Assembly: GCA_032161105.1 (NCBI GenBank)
Contig: JAVHTD010000009.1
Source: Candidatus Thermosaccharophagus tengchongensis
Lineage (GTDB): Bacteria; Armatimonadota; Fervidibacteria; Fervidibacterales; Thermosaccharophagaceae
Direction: 5' to 3' (one strand)
DNA: 64,000 nt
The translations under genes and the position numbers were made by a program. Below, piece after piece: positions 29,374-40,937 of this stretch. Every line of letters begins with the position of its first letter. The stretch's first letter is position 1. The notes under the pieces are model-generated. The model saw only the letters and a program-made list of their open reading frames with translations. It had not been told where the DNA came from and searched no databases.

Positions 29374-29553
29374 AATGTGAATTACGGCGGTAGGAAGCTG
29401 CTTTAACACCTCATGATGCAAGCGTCATAGCAGCCGAACATCGCAGCGACAACTTCACGGTGAAAGCGATGCTTCGGCGATGAATATTGTTGAGTGCTGC
29501 TTTTCCCATCAACATGAGATGCCTATACCATGTGCGAGGAGGTGCAAGACGCT

Positions 29554-31179
29554 ATGGCGAAGAAGAGGTTGTTGTTTGACGAGGAAGCAAGAAGGGCGCT
29601 TGAGAGGGGCGCTGACATCGTTGCTGATGCCGTCAAGGTGACGCTTGGACCGAGGGGAAGAAATGTGCTCATTGAAAAGAAGTGGGGTTCGCCAACGGTT
29701 ACGAAGGATGGCGTTACCGTCGCAAAGGAGATTGAGCTTGAAAACCGAGACGAAGATATGGGCGCGCAGTTGCTAAAAGAGGTGGCTCGCAAGACGAACG
29801 ATGTGGCTGGCGATGGGACGACAACAGCGACTGTGCTTGCACAGTGCATCTTGCACGAGAGTTTGAAGGCGGTGGCGGCTGGAGCAAATCCGATCATGGT
29901 TCGCAAGGGAATTGAGATGGCAGTTAAGAGGGCTTGTGAGCGGATAAGGGAAATGGCAACGGAGGTCAAGGAGAAGGACGATATAGCTAAGGTTGCTGCG
30001 ATAGCTGGCAACGACCCAGAAATAGGGGAGATAGTCGCAGATGCAATGGATAAGGTTGGAAAGGACGGCGTCGTCACAGTTGAGGAAGCGAAGGGGACTC
30101 AAACTACGGTTGATATAGTTGAGGGGATGGAGTTTGATAGGGGCTACTTGTCGCCATATTTCATCACCGACCCGGAAAACATGGAGTGCGTCCTTGAGGA
30201 GCCATACATCCTGCTCTACGAGAAGAAGATAAGCTCCGCTCGCGACCTTGTTCCACTGATGGAGCAAATTGCGCGCGTTGGGAAACCGCTGCTCGTCATA
30301 GCGGAGGATGTTGAAGGGGAGGCGCTCGCACTGCTCGTGGTCAACAAGCTTAGAGGAGTTGTGCAATCATGCGCTGTTAAGGCGCCCGGGTATGGTGAGC
30401 GGCGTAAGGCGATGATGCAGGACATAGCGATACTGACCGATGGAAAGTTCATAACCGAGGATTTGGGAATCAAGCTTGAGAGCGTCACCCTTGACATGCT
30501 TGGCAGGGCAAGACGAGTCATTGTCCGAAAGGAGGAGACAACGATAGTTGAGGGTGCCGGGAAGAAAGAAGCCATACAAGGGCGCATTGAGCAGATCAAG
30601 AAGGAGATTGAGACGACAACAAGCGACTATGACCGCGAGAAGTTGCAGGAAAGGTTGGCTAAGCTTGCCGGCGGTGTGGCAGTTATTGAAGTTGGGGCAG
30701 CAACGGAGAGCGAGCTCAAGGAAAAGAAGCACCGATTTGAGGATGCCCTTTCTGCAACGAGGGCTGCAATTGAGGAGGGAATTGTCCCGGGCGGTGGCGT
30801 GGCATACATAAGGTGCTTGCCAGCACTTGAGCAACTGAGGAATGAGACAGATGGAGATGTGCGCATCGGTGTGCAAATCGTCATGCGTGCACTTGAAGAG
30901 CCGCTGCGCCGAATAGCCGAGAACGCCGGATACGATGGCTCAGTCGTCGTTGAGAAGGTCAAGGAGCTGCCAGAGAGGCATGGCTTTGATGCGCTCAATG
31001 AGAAGTATGTGGACATGTTTGAAGCCGGAATAGTTGACCCGGCAAAGGTTGTAAGGCTCGCGCTTGAGAATGCCGCAAGCATTGCCTCAATGATACTCAC
31101 CACCGAAGCGGCGGTCGTTGAGATACCCGAAAAGAAGAAGCCAACAACACCGCCGTCCGAATACTCCGAAGAATGGTAA
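29554..31179 (+). CDS. groL: Chaperonin GroEL
   Basis: [50 protein letters not shown] before ATG 29554. Confidence 0.98.
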   Translation: MAKKRLLFDEEARRALERGADIVADAVKVTLGPRGRNVLIEKKWGSPTVTKDGVTVAKEIELENRDEDMGAQLLKEVARKTNDVAGDGTTTATVLAQCILHESLKAVAAGANPIMVRKGIEMAVKRACERIREMATEVKEKDDIAKVAAIAGNDPEIGEIVADAMDKVGKDGVVTVEEAKGTQTTVDIVEGMEFDRGYLSPYFITDPENMECVLEEPYILLYEKKISSARDLVPLMEQIARVGKPLLVIAEDVEGEALALLVVNKLRGVVQSCAVKAPGYGERRKAMMQDIAILTDGKFITEDLGIKLESVTLDMLGRARRVIVRKEETTIVEGAGKKEAIQGRIEQIKKEIETTTSDYDREKLQERLAKLAGGVAVIEVGAATESELKEKKHRFEDALSATRAAIEEGIVPGGGVAYIRCLPALEQLRNETDGDVRIGVQIVMRALEEPLRRIAENAGYDGSVVVEKVKELPERHGFDALNEKYVDMFEAGIVDPAKVVRLALENAASIASMILTTEAAVVEIPEKKKPTTPPSEYSEEW

Positions 31180-31189
31180 TCTGCCTCCT

Positions 31190-31245
31190 TTGAGGGCGCG
31201 CCTCTGGCGTGCCGAAATGGCATTCGGCAGGGGCGTCGCCCTCAA
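31190..31245. terminator. Long GC-rich hairpin between convergent groEL and glycosyltransferase genes
   Basis: Nested inverted repeats ttgagggcg/cgccctcaa and tgccgaa/ttcggca; no clear U-tract. Confidence 0.45.
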
Positions 31246-31366
31246 TGATGCGATAAGTTCATCCTCGGAGTGCTGCAATCGGTTGTTTAATTGGCTCGGC
31301 AGCAGCCTCGCCCTTCAACGGCATGACAATTCGTTTATCGGGGGGCATGCCGATAGCGGCGGATGG

Positions 31367-32488
31367 TTAGCTATGTCCCAAGGCATCAATGTAAACTCGC
31401 AAGGTGAGTTCTGCCGCTTGTTCAACACGATATGTTGCGGCATATGAAGCAGCATTGTGAGCGAGTTGGTGTTGCAAGTCATCCCGCTCAAGCAACTCAA
31501 GGATTGCCGCACGAAGGCTTGAGGCATCCCCTGCTTTAAACAGGCGTGCGCATTTTGCGCGCTCGCTGAGCTCGCGCAGCGGCTTCAAGTCGGAGCAAAC
31601 AATTGGCAGGCTGTATGCTATGCAGCGAAGCAGCGATGCGGACTCGGTTAACTCAGTGAATGGTGCAACAACGAAATCAAGCGCTGATAGCCATGTCGGC
31701 AACTCATCATCGCTGACGAAGCCAGTCATGATAACCCTTTCCCTCCAACGCCATTGACTAACGCGCCTCACGAACTCCTCGTAGTAGCCACTTCTGTCAA
31801 GTGGGTGCTTACCGCCAATGATGACGAGGACAGTTCCATCGGGAAATGGATTGAGCGCCTCAAGCAACAGGTCATAACCGCGCCTTCTTACGATAAATCC
31901 GAATGCGCCAATTGCGCGCTCGCATTTCAGCCCAAGCAACTTGCGCGCTTCAACCTTGGTGAGCTTTAACGGCTTGACATTCGGCACCCACATCGGTATG
32001 ACGCTCACCTTGCTTTGGTTCACTCCGAGCTTGAGCAGCAAACCCCTTGTGAATTCATTGTGAACGATGAAGCGCTCAGCCTTGCGCCTCCTAAACAGCC
32101 AAATGTTGATGAGCCACTTCACAAGTGAGATTGGGAAGGCACCGTATGTGTCAAGTTCGTGTATTGTAACCACAGCTGGCACCCTCAAATTCCCGACCAG
32201 TGTTGTGAATGTGCACCTTAGAGGGTGCATGCCACCAAAGAATTGCGGTTGAAACTGGATGTGAGCTATCTCCGCATGTGATGCCACTCTGGCTGCTTCA
32301 ACAGCTCTAATTTTCCGCGCAGCGATGTCATTCGGCAGCCCGAGGCGTTTCCAAACCTGCGGACCGAATGGGATGATGAAAATGTCAACATGCTTGCGCA
32401 ATGCGTTCACAAGCTCAGCACTGTAACGGGCTATGCCGCAATCAACATCCCAACTCGTGATGAAAGAGACAAAGGCGCGCCTTCCCAT
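31367..32488 (-). CDS. Glycosyltransferase family 4
   Basis: CGIARYS, VVTIHE, FGFIVRRRGYD, LPIVCSD. Confidence 0.85.
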   Translation of the reverse strand: MGRRAFVSFITSWDVDCGIARYSAELVNALRKHVDIFIIPFGPQVWKRLGLPNDIAARKIRAVEAARVASHAEIAHIQFQPQFFGGMHPLRCTFTTLVGNLRVPAVVTIHELDTYGAFPISLVKWLINIWLFRRRKAERFIVHNEFTRGLLLKLGVNQSKVSVIPMWVPNVKPLKLTKVEARKLLGLKCERAIGAFGFIVRRRGYDLLLEALNPFPDGTVLVIIGGKHPLDRSGYYEEFVRRVSQWRWRERVIMTGFVSDDELPTWLSALDFVVAPFTELTESASLLRCIAYSLPIVCSDLKPLRELSERAKCARLFKAGDASSLRAAILELLERDDLQHQLAHNAASYAATYRVEQAAELTLRVYIDALGHS

Positions 32489-32559
32489 CTCAACCTGCGC
32501 CCCAATTCAATGGAGTGACGGCAAGCTGACAGTGCGTGAGGAGTCACATTTCAAAGACA

Positions 32560-33222
32560 CTACTTCGGTGTGGATGCAGCCCCCGCAATCAAAGCTACGA
32601 AGAAATAACCCACCGTAGCAATCACACAGCAACAGCCAAGCAATATTGGAAGAATGACAGCGATGGCGGAGCGCCAATATTCTATCCCGTGAGCACGCGC
32701 CAAACCAATAATCTCCAAGACAATGCCGTAAATTGGTGCGACTAACCAACCGATGACTGGCACGATGGAAAAGATATTTGGCGCCCATGCATACCCGATA
32801 ACTCGGCAAGTTGTAGCTAAACCTCCCCTTGCGCCACCAACGATGATGAGAAAAAGGTGCGCAACTAAGGTGCTCACCATAATTCCAACTAAGGCGAATA
32901 ACCACCCAAAGAGTATATAGACTGCAACCCATGCTGCTTGCGACATTACGCTGATGAGACCTGAAACTTGACCACCCGAAATCGTTCCAAGAAAACTAAC
33001 CAGTGGAGCAATGCCCATAAATGACATCAGCGAGGTTGCAATTGCGCTTAGCCAACCCACGATCACTCCGAACAAGACTGGTTCAAACAAGCTTGTCCCT
33101 CTACCAACTGCATCAAAGAACTTCACTGGGCTGAGGCACGCTTCAAACCATGTGCGAGCAAATGCCGCAAGCCAGCCACCGTGTTGCTGTGGCTCCTCTA
33201 ATGGGGGCAAGTTGTATACCAT
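32560..33222 (-). CDS. YIP1 family membrane protein
   Basis: SPVKFF, HLFLIIVGG...TCRVIGYA, about five TM helices. Confidence 0.75.
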   Translation of the reverse strand: MVYNLPPLEEPQQHGGWLAAFARTWFEACLSPVKFFDAVGRGTSLFEPVLFGVIVGWLSAIATSLMSFMGIAPLVSFLGTISGGQVSGLISVMSQAAWVAVYILFGWLFALVGIMVSTLVAHLFLIIVGGARGGLATTCRVIGYAWAPNIFSIVPVIGWLVAPIYGIVLEIIGLARAHGIEYWRSAIAVILPILLGCCCVIATVGYFFVALIAGAASTPK

Positions 33223-33372
33223 GCCATCTCACCCTTCACACCGTGTTCCGCTCACAACGGCTGTCACAACCAAATGACTTTGATGCCCGCTCACATGCGG
33301 TTATTTTACCTTTTGCTGGGAGGCATGTTCAGTGTAAAGGGGCAGAATCGCAGATGCCATGTCATTACTCGC

Positions 33373-34044
33373 TCATCCCCGCTTCACCGCTTTTATCACC
33401 CTGTATCCGCCGTGCCTGTCCACCGTCTCGGCGTTTCCAAACATCTCTTGGATTATGCGCTGCAAGCGCTTTGCGCCTTGACTCGTTTTTGCGACTATCC
33501 AAAGTGTGCCATTTGACTTCAGGCGCTCATACGACTCTCGGAGCATCTTCATGATGACCTTCATGCCAGCCCTCATCGGTGGATTTGAGAGGATGGCATC
33601 AAGCTCTAACTCCTTCGGCAGCGGTTCAAATCCATCCCCGTGAAGTATGTGCACATTCTTCAGACCGTATGCCTTGGCATTCCGCCTCGCCAGCGCTATG
33701 GCGCGCTCATTGACATCAACCATCCACACCCTTAACTTTGGATGGCACACTGCTGCCACAATCCCGATGACGCCATACCCGCATCCCCAATCAAGGATGT
33801 TGCCCTCCTCAGGCAACTCCATCTTCTCAACCAACCTCTTGGTCCCCAAATCAACATAGTCCTTTGCGAACACACCCTTGTCAGTGTGGAACGAGAAAAC
33901 CCTCCCGCGAAGGCGTGCGTATATCACCTTCGGGCGATGTTCGGTTTTTGGGCGCTCCACGAAGTAGTGTGAGAACTCCGCTTCAGCTTGCTCTTTTGAG
34001 CCCTCATCATTTCGCCACTTATCATTGCTCGCCATTCCTTCCAC
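33373..34044 (-). CDS. RsmC/YbxB-like small methyltransferase (MTS family)
   Basis: HYF, GVFAK..VD.GT, LDWGCGYG, SNPP. Confidence 0.88.
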   Translation of the reverse strand: MEGMASNDKWRNDEGSKEQAEAEFSHYFVERPKTEHRPKVIYARLRGRVFSFHTDKGVFAKDYVDLGTKRLVEKMELPEEGNILDWGCGYGVIGIVAAVCHPKLRVWMVDVNERAIALARRNAKAYGLKNVHILHGDGFEPLPKELELDAILSNPPMRAGMKVIMKMLRESYERLKSNGTLWIVAKTSQGAKRLQRIIQEMFGNAETVDRHGGYRVIKAVKRG

Positions 34045-34186
34045 CTCTTTCCTTCAGCGCCTTGCGAATGGTGACCACCCGTTAATCGCTCGCCATTTGG
34101 GCAAAGCCCATGCCATCGTCATTATTCTCGCTTCATAACCAAGCGATGAAGATCGTCTTTGACCCTGCCTTCATACCCGAACGCCA

Positions 34187-35173
34187 TCATTTGCCTTGCG
34201 ATACTGCTTCATGCTCAGCATGGCAAGTTGGGTTGTATCGCATCACATCCAACCCTGAGAAAACACCCCCAACCTTTTCCACCGCCCTGCAGAATGCGCA
34301 CACATCCTCAGCAGTCGGCATTGAGCAAATTGAACAAGGCTTAAGTTGCACCTTCGGGGCTTGCTCACGCTCAAACAGCCCCCGTGCATGCACAAGGAAG
34401 TTGTTGTAGAACTGCAACTTAGTCCCGGGCATGCGCTCCTCAATTTGGTTCAAGATGCCCTTGAGGAAAATCGTCGTTGCGTCAACCGAATATGGGCATT
34501 CATCCTCAATGTATGCGATGCCATTTAGCAGCGCGTAGAGAGCTGTTTCCTTCTCAGTGAACCGATATAGCGGTTTAATTCGCCTAACAAAGCCATCTCG
34601 TTCCATAAGCACTGGCGATTGCCTCGCCAAGTAGCCAACTTGCCAATGAAGGACATTTGAGAGCAAAGTTGAAACCTCGTCATCCAAGTTATGCCCTGTA
34701 GCCAAGACATCAAATCCGCCTTCAACGGCAAACCTGTTCATGATGTATCGCTTGACTAAGCCACACAATGAGCATGGCGAGCGGTCACTTCGGCGCACCA
34801 ATTGCGGTATTGCTTTCCCCACGCTGCCAGATACGGAGACAATATTTAGCGGGCGCATCAGCCTATCTGCAAGTTGCATCGCATACATCTTGCTCTTCTC
34901 CGAGTAGCCGATGCTGTCAATGCCCAAGTCAATGTAGAGCCCCTCAGCATCATATCCGAGCCCGCACAATACATGCCACAGGCTCAAGCTGTCTTTCCCA
35001 CCGGAGACTGCCACAAGCACTCTCTCGCCCTTCCTCAACATCTTGAGCTCCGATATTGAGCGTTGCGTTTGCTTCACAAACCACTGCACATAGCAATCCT
35101 TGCATAGGGCAAGCCTATGTTGGCGCATGTAAATGACGGCTTTGCTCGGGCACAGCTTGCACTTGTAGCCCAT
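34187..35173 (-). CDS. ttuA: tRNA 2-thiolation enzyme TtuA (TIGR00269)
   Basis: N- and C-terminal Zn fingers, SGGKDS PP-loop, CSLCG, TGHNLDDE, ECPY; adjacent sulfur carrier. Confidence 0.88.
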   Translation of the reverse strand: MGYKCKLCPSKAVIYMRQHRLALCKDCYVQWFVKQTQRSISELKMLRKGERVLVAVSGGKDSLSLWHVLCGLGYDAEGLYIDLGIDSIGYSEKSKMYAMQLADRLMRPLNIVSVSGSVGKAIPQLVRRSDRSPCSLCGLVKRYIMNRFAVEGGFDVLATGHNLDDEVSTLLSNVLHWQVGYLARQSPVLMERDGFVRRIKPLYRFTEKETALYALLNGIAYIEDECPYSVDATTIFLKGILNQIEERMPGTKLQFYNNFLVHARGLFEREQAPKVQLKPCSICSMPTAEDVCAFCRAVEKVGGVFSGLDVMRYNPTCHAEHEAVSQGK

Positions 35174-35177
35174 GACA

Positions 35178-35384
35178 TCATCCTCCCGAGATGGCAATGA
35201 TGATGCGCACTTCATCACCGCGCCTCAAAAGCTCATCCTCGGTCAGCACCTCATCGCCGCGAACAACAAGTGTGCTCTCAGGAGACAGGTTGAGCCGCTT
35301 GAGCAAGTCCTTCACCTTCATCTTCTTCTCATCAAACTCATACACCTTGCCCCTGAAGATGGCTCTCAAAACGCTGTCACTCAT
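35178..35384 (-). CDS. ttuB: Ubiquitin-like sulfur carrier TtuB (ThiS/MoaD family)
   Basis: 68 aa ending ISGG, directly upstream of ttuA. Confidence 0.85.
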   Translation of the reverse strand: MSDSVLRAIFRGKVYEFDEKKMKVKDLLKRLNLSPESTLVVRGDEVLTEDELLRRGDEVRIIIAISGG

Positions 35385-35470
35385 GCGGCATCACTCCCCG
35401 CCTGCAATGGAGGGCTTTTTGCTGAGTCATCCTGCGGCATTTTATAAGTCACTGGCGGTCATTTGGTTGG

Positions 35471-38407
35471 CTATGCGACTTTTGCCGAACCTGCGCCAAC
35501 GCGCGTTGGGCGCTTACCCTTAGCGCCCTCCTTCAACCTGCCATGCTTTTGAAGTATGCGCTTTAGGAACTGCCCAGTGTATGAGTGCTCAACTTGCGCT
35601 ACAACTTCCGGCGGACCCTCGGCGACGATGTAGCCGCCGGCATCGCCGCCCTCAGGTCCGAGGTCAATTATCCAGTCGGCTGTTTTGATGATCTCAAGGT
35701 TGTGCTCAATGACGACGACCGTGTTTCCGGCGTCAACGAGGCGATGAAGCACATTCAAAAGCTTGTGCACATCGGCAAAGTGCAACCCGACCGTCGGCTC
35801 ATCAAGTATGTATAGTGTTTTCCCGGTGCTCTTTCGCGCCAACTCCTCGGCGAGTTTTACCCGCTGCGCTTCGCCACCAGAGAGCGTAGTCGCTGGCTGC
35901 CCAAGCTTTATGTAGCCCAATCCGACATCGCTCAGCGTCTGCAGTATGTGCCTTATCTGCGGTATGTTCTCAAAGAACGAGAGTGCCTCATCAACTGTCA
36001 TGTCAAGCACATCCGCTATATTCTTCCCCTTGTATGTGACTTCAAGCGTCTCTCGGTTGTATCGCTTACCCTTGCACACATCGCATGTGACATAAACATC
36101 GGGCAGGAAGTGCATCTCAATCTTGATTACACCGCTGCCCTGACACGCCTCGCACCTACCACCCTTAACATTGAAGCTGAACCTGCCAGCCTTGTATCCC
36201 CTCGCCCTCGCCTCGCGCGTTTGAGCAAACAGCTCCCTTATGTAAGTGAACACGCCGGTGTATGTCGCCGGGTTTGATCTGGGTGTCCTGCCGATGGGTG
36301 ATTGGTCAATGTTTATCACCTTGTCAATGTGCTCAATGCCCAGTATCTCATCGTGGTCTCCCCAACGGGTTATTGCTCGGTGAAGCAGATATGCGAGCCT
36401 GTTGTAAACGATGTCAATCATGAGCGTGCTCTTACCGGAGCCAGAAACGCCCGTTACGCACACGAATAAGCCAAGCGGTATGCGCACATCTATGTTTTTG
36501 AGGTTGTGCTCCCTCGCCCCCTTAACTATGAGCCACTTGTCGGTTGGCTGACGACGCCTCTCCGGGATCGGTATCTGCAGCTCACCGCTCAAGTATTTGC
36601 CCGTGATTGACTCCTTGCAGTTGATGATGTCTTCAACCGTCCCAGTTGCCACAACATAACCGCCATGCTCACCGGCACCGGGTCCAAGGTCAACGATGAA
36701 GTCGGCACTGCGAATCATATCCTCATCGTGTTCAACGACTATGACGGTATTCCCCATGTCGCGCAACCTCTTCAAAGTCTCAATCAACCTTCTGTTGTCC
36801 CTCGGGTGCAGCCCTATGCTCGGCTCATCAAGCACATACAAAACACCGGCAAGCCCGGAGCCAATCTGCGTTGCCAACCTTATGCGCTGCGCCTCACCGC
36901 CAGCAAGCGTTGAAGCACACCTGTCAAGCGTTAGGTAATCCAAGCCGACATCAACGAGGAAGCGGAGGCGATTGCGTATCTCCTTAAGTATCTCCTGCGC
37001 TATGACTTGCTGCCGCTCCGGCAGCTTCAGATTCTCAAAGAAGCTCAAAGCATCCTTGACGGTGAGCCTGCAAACCTCGGCAATGTTCCAACCGTTTATC
37101 TTCACGGCGAGGCTCTCCGGCTTCAGTCTGGCGCCGTTGCACTTTGGGCATGGTCTCTCCCTCATGAATCTGCGCAACTGCTCACGCCACTCGTCATCGC
37201 CCTCATCATAATCACGCTGCAGGCTGTTTATGACGCCCTCAAAGTAAGTGGTGATGGTGCGCAACCTGCCATAGCGATTAACATAGGTGACTTGCACGGG
37301 CTTGTCGGTGCCGTAAAGGATGACATTCAATTGCTCCTCAGTGAGATCCTTTATTGGCGTGTGAATTGAGAAGCCGTAAGCCCTTGCAACAGCCTTGAGT
37401 ATCTCACGCTTGTAGTTGCTCGTGTAGCTTCTCCAAGGGACAATTGCGCCCTCGGCGATTGAGAGGCGGGTGTCTGGTATCACAAGTTCCGGATCAAACT
37501 CGGCGATTGAGCCCAAGCCGTCGCAGTGTGGGCATGCGCCATATGGGCTGTTGAAGGAGAAGTTGCGCGGTTGAAGTTCACCGATGCTCACACCGCAATC
37601 CGGGCACGCAAAATGCTCCGTGAACATCAAATCGTCGCCTGTGCCATCCTCATTCAAGCGATGGACGATCACATAACCTTGCCCAGCTTTGAGCGCCATC
37701 TCAATTGAGTCCGAAAGCCTGCCCCTGACTTCATCGCTTATGACGAGCCTGTCAACCACGACCTCAATCCAATGCAGCTTGTATCTGTCAAGCTCAATCT
37801 CTTCGTTCACATCCCTTATCACGCCATCAACTCTTACTCTGACAAAGCCCTGCCTGCGTATCTCATCAAACAGGTGCCTGTATTCCCCCTTACGACCGCG
37901 CACGAGTGGGGCGAGGATGTAAACCCTTGTTCCGTTGGGGAGGGAGAGAACTTGGTCAACAATCTGGTCAACTGACTGGCGAGATATTTGCCGACCGCAA
38001 TTTGGGCAGTGAGGTATGCCGACCCTCGCATATAGCAAACGAAGGTAATCGTAAATCTCCGTCACCGTCGCAACCGTTGAACGCGGATTGTGTGAGGCGA
38101 TACCTTGGTCAATTGAGATGGCGGGAGATAGACCATCTATGAAGTCAACATCGGGCTTATCCATGCGCTCAAGGAACTGGCGCGCATATGCCGAAAGCGA
38201 TTCAACATACCTCCTTTCGCCTTCGGCATAGATGGTGTCAAATGCGAGCGATGATTTTCCAGACCCGCTTATCCCGGTAATGCAAATGAGTTTTTCCCTC
38301 GGGAGCTTAAGCGATATGTTCTTCAAGTTGTGCTGCCTTGCGCCCTTGATAGTGATGTATCTGGTTCCCACGGCTTGGTGCCTCCCATTGTGAGGCAATT
38401 GGTTCAT
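35471..38407 (-). CDS. uvrA: Excinuclease ABC subunit A
   Basis: GARQHNLKN, two Walker A motifs, Zn fingers, GGEAQR signatures. Confidence 0.98.
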   Translation of the reverse strand: MNQLPHNGRHQAVGTRYITIKGARQHNLKNISLKLPREKLICITGISGSGKSSLAFDTIYAEGERRYVESLSAYARQFLERMDKPDVDFIDGLSPAISIDQGIASHNPRSTVATVTEIYDYLRLLYARVGIPHCPNCGRQISRQSVDQIVDQVLSLPNGTRVYILAPLVRGRKGEYRHLFDEIRRQGFVRVRVDGVIRDVNEEIELDRYKLHWIEVVVDRLVISDEVRGRLSDSIEMALKAGQGYVIVHRLNEDGTGDDLMFTEHFACPDCGVSIGELQPRNFSFNSPYGACPHCDGLGSIAEFDPELVIPDTRLSIAEGAIVPWRSYTSNYKREILKAVARAYGFSIHTPIKDLTEEQLNVILYGTDKPVQVTYVNRYGRLRTITTYFEGVINSLQRDYDEGDDEWREQLRRFMRERPCPKCNGARLKPESLAVKINGWNIAEVCRLTVKDALSFFENLKLPERQQVIAQEILKEIRNRLRFLVDVGLDYLTLDRCASTLAGGEAQRIRLATQIGSGLAGVLYVLDEPSIGLHPRDNRRLIETLKRLRDMGNTVIVVEHDEDMIRSADFIVDLGPGAGEHGGYVVATGTVEDIINCKESITGKYLSGELQIPIPERRRQPTDKWLIVKGAREHNLKNIDVRIPLGLFVCVTGVSGSGKSTLMIDIVYNRLAYLLHRAITRWGDHDEILGIEHIDKVINIDQSPIGRTPRSNPATYTGVFTYIRELFAQTREARARGYKAGRFSFNVKGGRCEACQGSGVIKIEMHFLPDVYVTCDVCKGKRYNRETLEVTYKGKNIADVLDMTVDEALSFFENIPQIRHILQTLSDVGLGYIKLGQPATTLSGGEAQRVKLAEELARKSTGKTLYILDEPTVGLHFADVHKLLNVLHRLVDAGNTVVVIEHNLEIIKTADWIIDLGPEGGDAGGYIVAEGPPEVVAQVEHSYTGQFLKRILQKHGRLKEGAKGKRPTRVGAGSAKVA

Positions 38408-38594
38408 AAGAGACGGTTAATCCATCGCCGCATCAACGCATGCCCCCTCACCTTATCCATTTTGACGACAGCCCATGGAGCATGGAGAGCCGCTGTAGCA
38501 CTCCGCAATCTCTCAGTGGCGGCTTCTCCGTCACACGGGGCATTGCCCAACGCGGCACTCTGTGATGCACCCTTTGAGTGATGCGTGAATGCCA

Positions 38595-40226
38595 TCACCA
38601 CGGTCTTACGGAATCAACCATTGCCCTCACCAAAAGGGCAACGATGCATTGGAGCGCCGAAAGCAAGATAAGCGGTTTATCCCGACAGCTCAACTCCCAT
38701 TGAGCTAAGTTGGCTGCAGTGCCAACCGCAAGCATCGGAACAAATGGCAGCCAAACTCTGGAGACCTCGCCACGAACGACTCCAAGCAGGTCAAGCAAAA
38801 TTATCACAGCGATTGAGGATAGCGATGGCATGAGCGCCATAAAGCCTCCCCGAATGAGAAGCCGAAAAGAGCATACCTTGAGCAGGGCAACCAACGCCGG
38901 ACCAATTGAGATTCCAAACTCAATCAAGTTGACGATAGCCCACTTCCAATGGGTGCGCACCGATGATGCTGCTTGCTCACCGTGCGCTCGCATCGCCGCA
39001 GAGAATGCGCCAAGCCAGTCAAATTTGAAGGCAGCGGAGAAAAGCAACGGGAGCAGGACCATCGGAATGATGAGCCAAAAAAACGATTTGACTGCCATTG
39101 CAACTTTCCCTCTATTCGCGTCGGGCGCTGCACAACGGGATGCGCCAACCACCCAGATTGCCCATGCGGCAATGATGGGCAAAAACTTGAAGCTGCAAAT
39201 TGTGCCAATGAACCCGAGCACACCGCACAGCGACAACGCAAATTTTTGTTTCGGCTTAACCATCCACGCACAGAGACATATTGTCCCGAGCGCTGAGACG
39301 AGCGTGAGCAGCTGATCTGGTGAGAGTGAGAAGGCAAGCTGCGCCGGTGAAAGCGAATAAAGCAGCACCGCACTCGCAATCGCAAACCATGCTCTGTTGG
39401 CGCTGTCGCATGATGAACCACCATCGCCAACCGAGCTGCCATTGGCACACCTAACAAGCAACAGCGCCCCAAACACCACAGGCGGCAATGCCAATGCCCC
39501 AAGCAGCAGCATGAGCAGCGAGCTCAGGAATGCCGCCGCTAATTCCCACGGCTCAACCGATACACCGAGCAAACGGCGCACAATGTAAATGTGGTCATAC
39601 ATCCTCCACCCGCCGCCGAGCAACCCATATGCCACATGCTGCAGCCAATCCGAGCTGCGGGTTGCGATTCTGATGAGGCTGTAAAGCATGAGCATCCCAG
39701 GTGGATGGGTTGCTGCGTGGACTGGTTGGCGGCGCATGAACTCGTCATAACTCCGCAAGACATTCAGCCAGCCCTCATGTTCAGCCTCGCGCGCAGCCGT
39801 AAAGTAAGATGTGGCTATCGGGCTAACGGCAATGTATGCTGCGGATGCTATCGGATTCCTGTTGGGTGGCTCGGCAATTTGCGAGGCGAGTTTGAGAAGG
39901 ACAATCGTGATGAAAATGAGCGCATGCGCGCAGATGGAATAGCCGATGCTCTTTGGCGGTGATGCGATGAATCGCCATGCGATTAGGACGAGGACGACCG
40001 CAACAACTGCCATGGGAATGCAGTTTGCAAGCGGTGTAAACTTGCGCTCAAACACCCATTCGCCGATTACACCAAGCGGTATGAGTGGGCACGCGATGAT
40101 GATGCTGAATGCGACGCAAAGCAGCAGCGTAAGCCATATAGTCACTCGCATAAGCATCTCATCCGGCTGGCTCTTCAAGCCAAACTGCTTGAACCAACTG
40201 AAGGCACACCTCAAATTCATCACCAT
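38595..40226 (-). CDS. Polytopic membrane protein, GT-C glycosyltransferase-like
   Basis: More than 10 TM helices, loop motif HAATHPPG, C-terminal GEVSRVWLPF. Confidence 0.55.
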   Translation of the reverse strand: MVMNLRCAFSWFKQFGLKSQPDEMLMRVTIWLTLLLCVAFSIIIACPLIPLGVIGEWVFERKFTPLANCIPMAVVAVVLVLIAWRFIASPPKSIGYSICAHALIFITIVLLKLASQIAEPPNRNPIASAAYIAVSPIATSYFTAAREAEHEGWLNVLRSYDEFMRRQPVHAATHPPGMLMLYSLIRIATRSSDWLQHVAYGLLGGGWRMYDHIYIVRRLLGVSVEPWELAAAFLSSLLMLLLGALALPPVVFGALLLVRCANGSSVGDGGSSCDSANRAWFAIASAVLLYSLSPAQLAFSLSPDQLLTLVSALGTICLCAWMVKPKQKFALSLCGVLGFIGTICSFKFLPIIAAWAIWVVGASRCAAPDANRGKVAMAVKSFFWLIIPMVLLPLLFSAAFKFDWLGAFSAAMRAHGEQAASSVRTHWKWAIVNLIEFGISIGPALVALLKVCSFRLLIRGGFMALMPSLSSIAVIILLDLLGVVRGEVSRVWLPFVPMLAVGTAANLAQWELSCRDKPLILLSALQCIVALLVRAMVDSVRPW

Positions 40227-40431
40227 ACCTCTATTTGGCAAGGATGGAAACATTGCGAACGGTGCTGTGAAGGCTTGCTGTGATTAGCCAACTTGGACCT
40301 TATTGGCAGCGTTTGTCCGCTTCGCAGTGCAGATGGGCATATGAGCGCATAACCGTAGTAACAAGGCATGCCAAAATGCATCATAGCGTCACGAATGCGC
40401 AGTTGGTGCAGGCTGCAACATCGTTTGCTTA

Positions 40432-40935
40432 ATGGAAGTGAATGGCATGTGGGAAATCCAAATCGCGACCGCCGACGAGATGGCGAAGCTCGGCAGGTGC
40501 ATAGCGGCTCACCTTTGTGGCGGTGACATCGTTGCGCTTTATGGACCACTTGGTGCCGGCAAGACTACGCTCATACAGGGAATTGCTGATGGGCTCGGCG
40601 TGAGCAAGCGCGCCATAAGTCCGACATTCGTGCTTGTGCGCGAGTATCTTGGGAGGCTGCCACTTTTCCATGTGGATGCGTATCGCCTTGAGGGAATTGA
40701 CCCCGATGAAGCTGACTTACAAGTGGCATTCAGTGAATATGCCTCTCGCGGTGGCGTCATCGTAATTGAATGGGCTGAGCACATAAGGCAATTGCTCCCG
40801 AGCGAGCGCTTGGATGCATTCCTGTCGCATGAGAGCATCGGAAGGAGAGTCAAGTTTGTGGCGCACGGTGAAAGGCATTTAAAGCTGCTCGCAGCAATCC
40901 GCGAGGATTGGAGCCATCTTTTGGGGAGAGGTTGA
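40432..40935 (+). CDS. tsaE: tRNA t6A biosynthesis ATPase TsaE
   Basis: GPLGAGKTT, SPTF, HVDAYRL, IEWA. Confidence 0.95.
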   Translation: MEVNGMWEIQIATADEMAKLGRCIAAHLCGGDIVALYGPLGAGKTTLIQGIADGLGVSKRAISPTFVLVREYLGRLPLFHVDAYRLEGIDPDEADLQVAFSEYASRGGVIVIEWAEHIRQLLPSERLDAFLSHESIGRRVKFVAHGERHLKLLAAIREDWSHLLGRG

Positions 40936-40937
40936 GG

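Noticed and set aside
29453..29466. cttcacggtgaaag as a parS site
   Set aside because: Extra central base and wrong flanks relative to TGTTTCACGTGAAACA; better explained as part of the groEL leader hairpin
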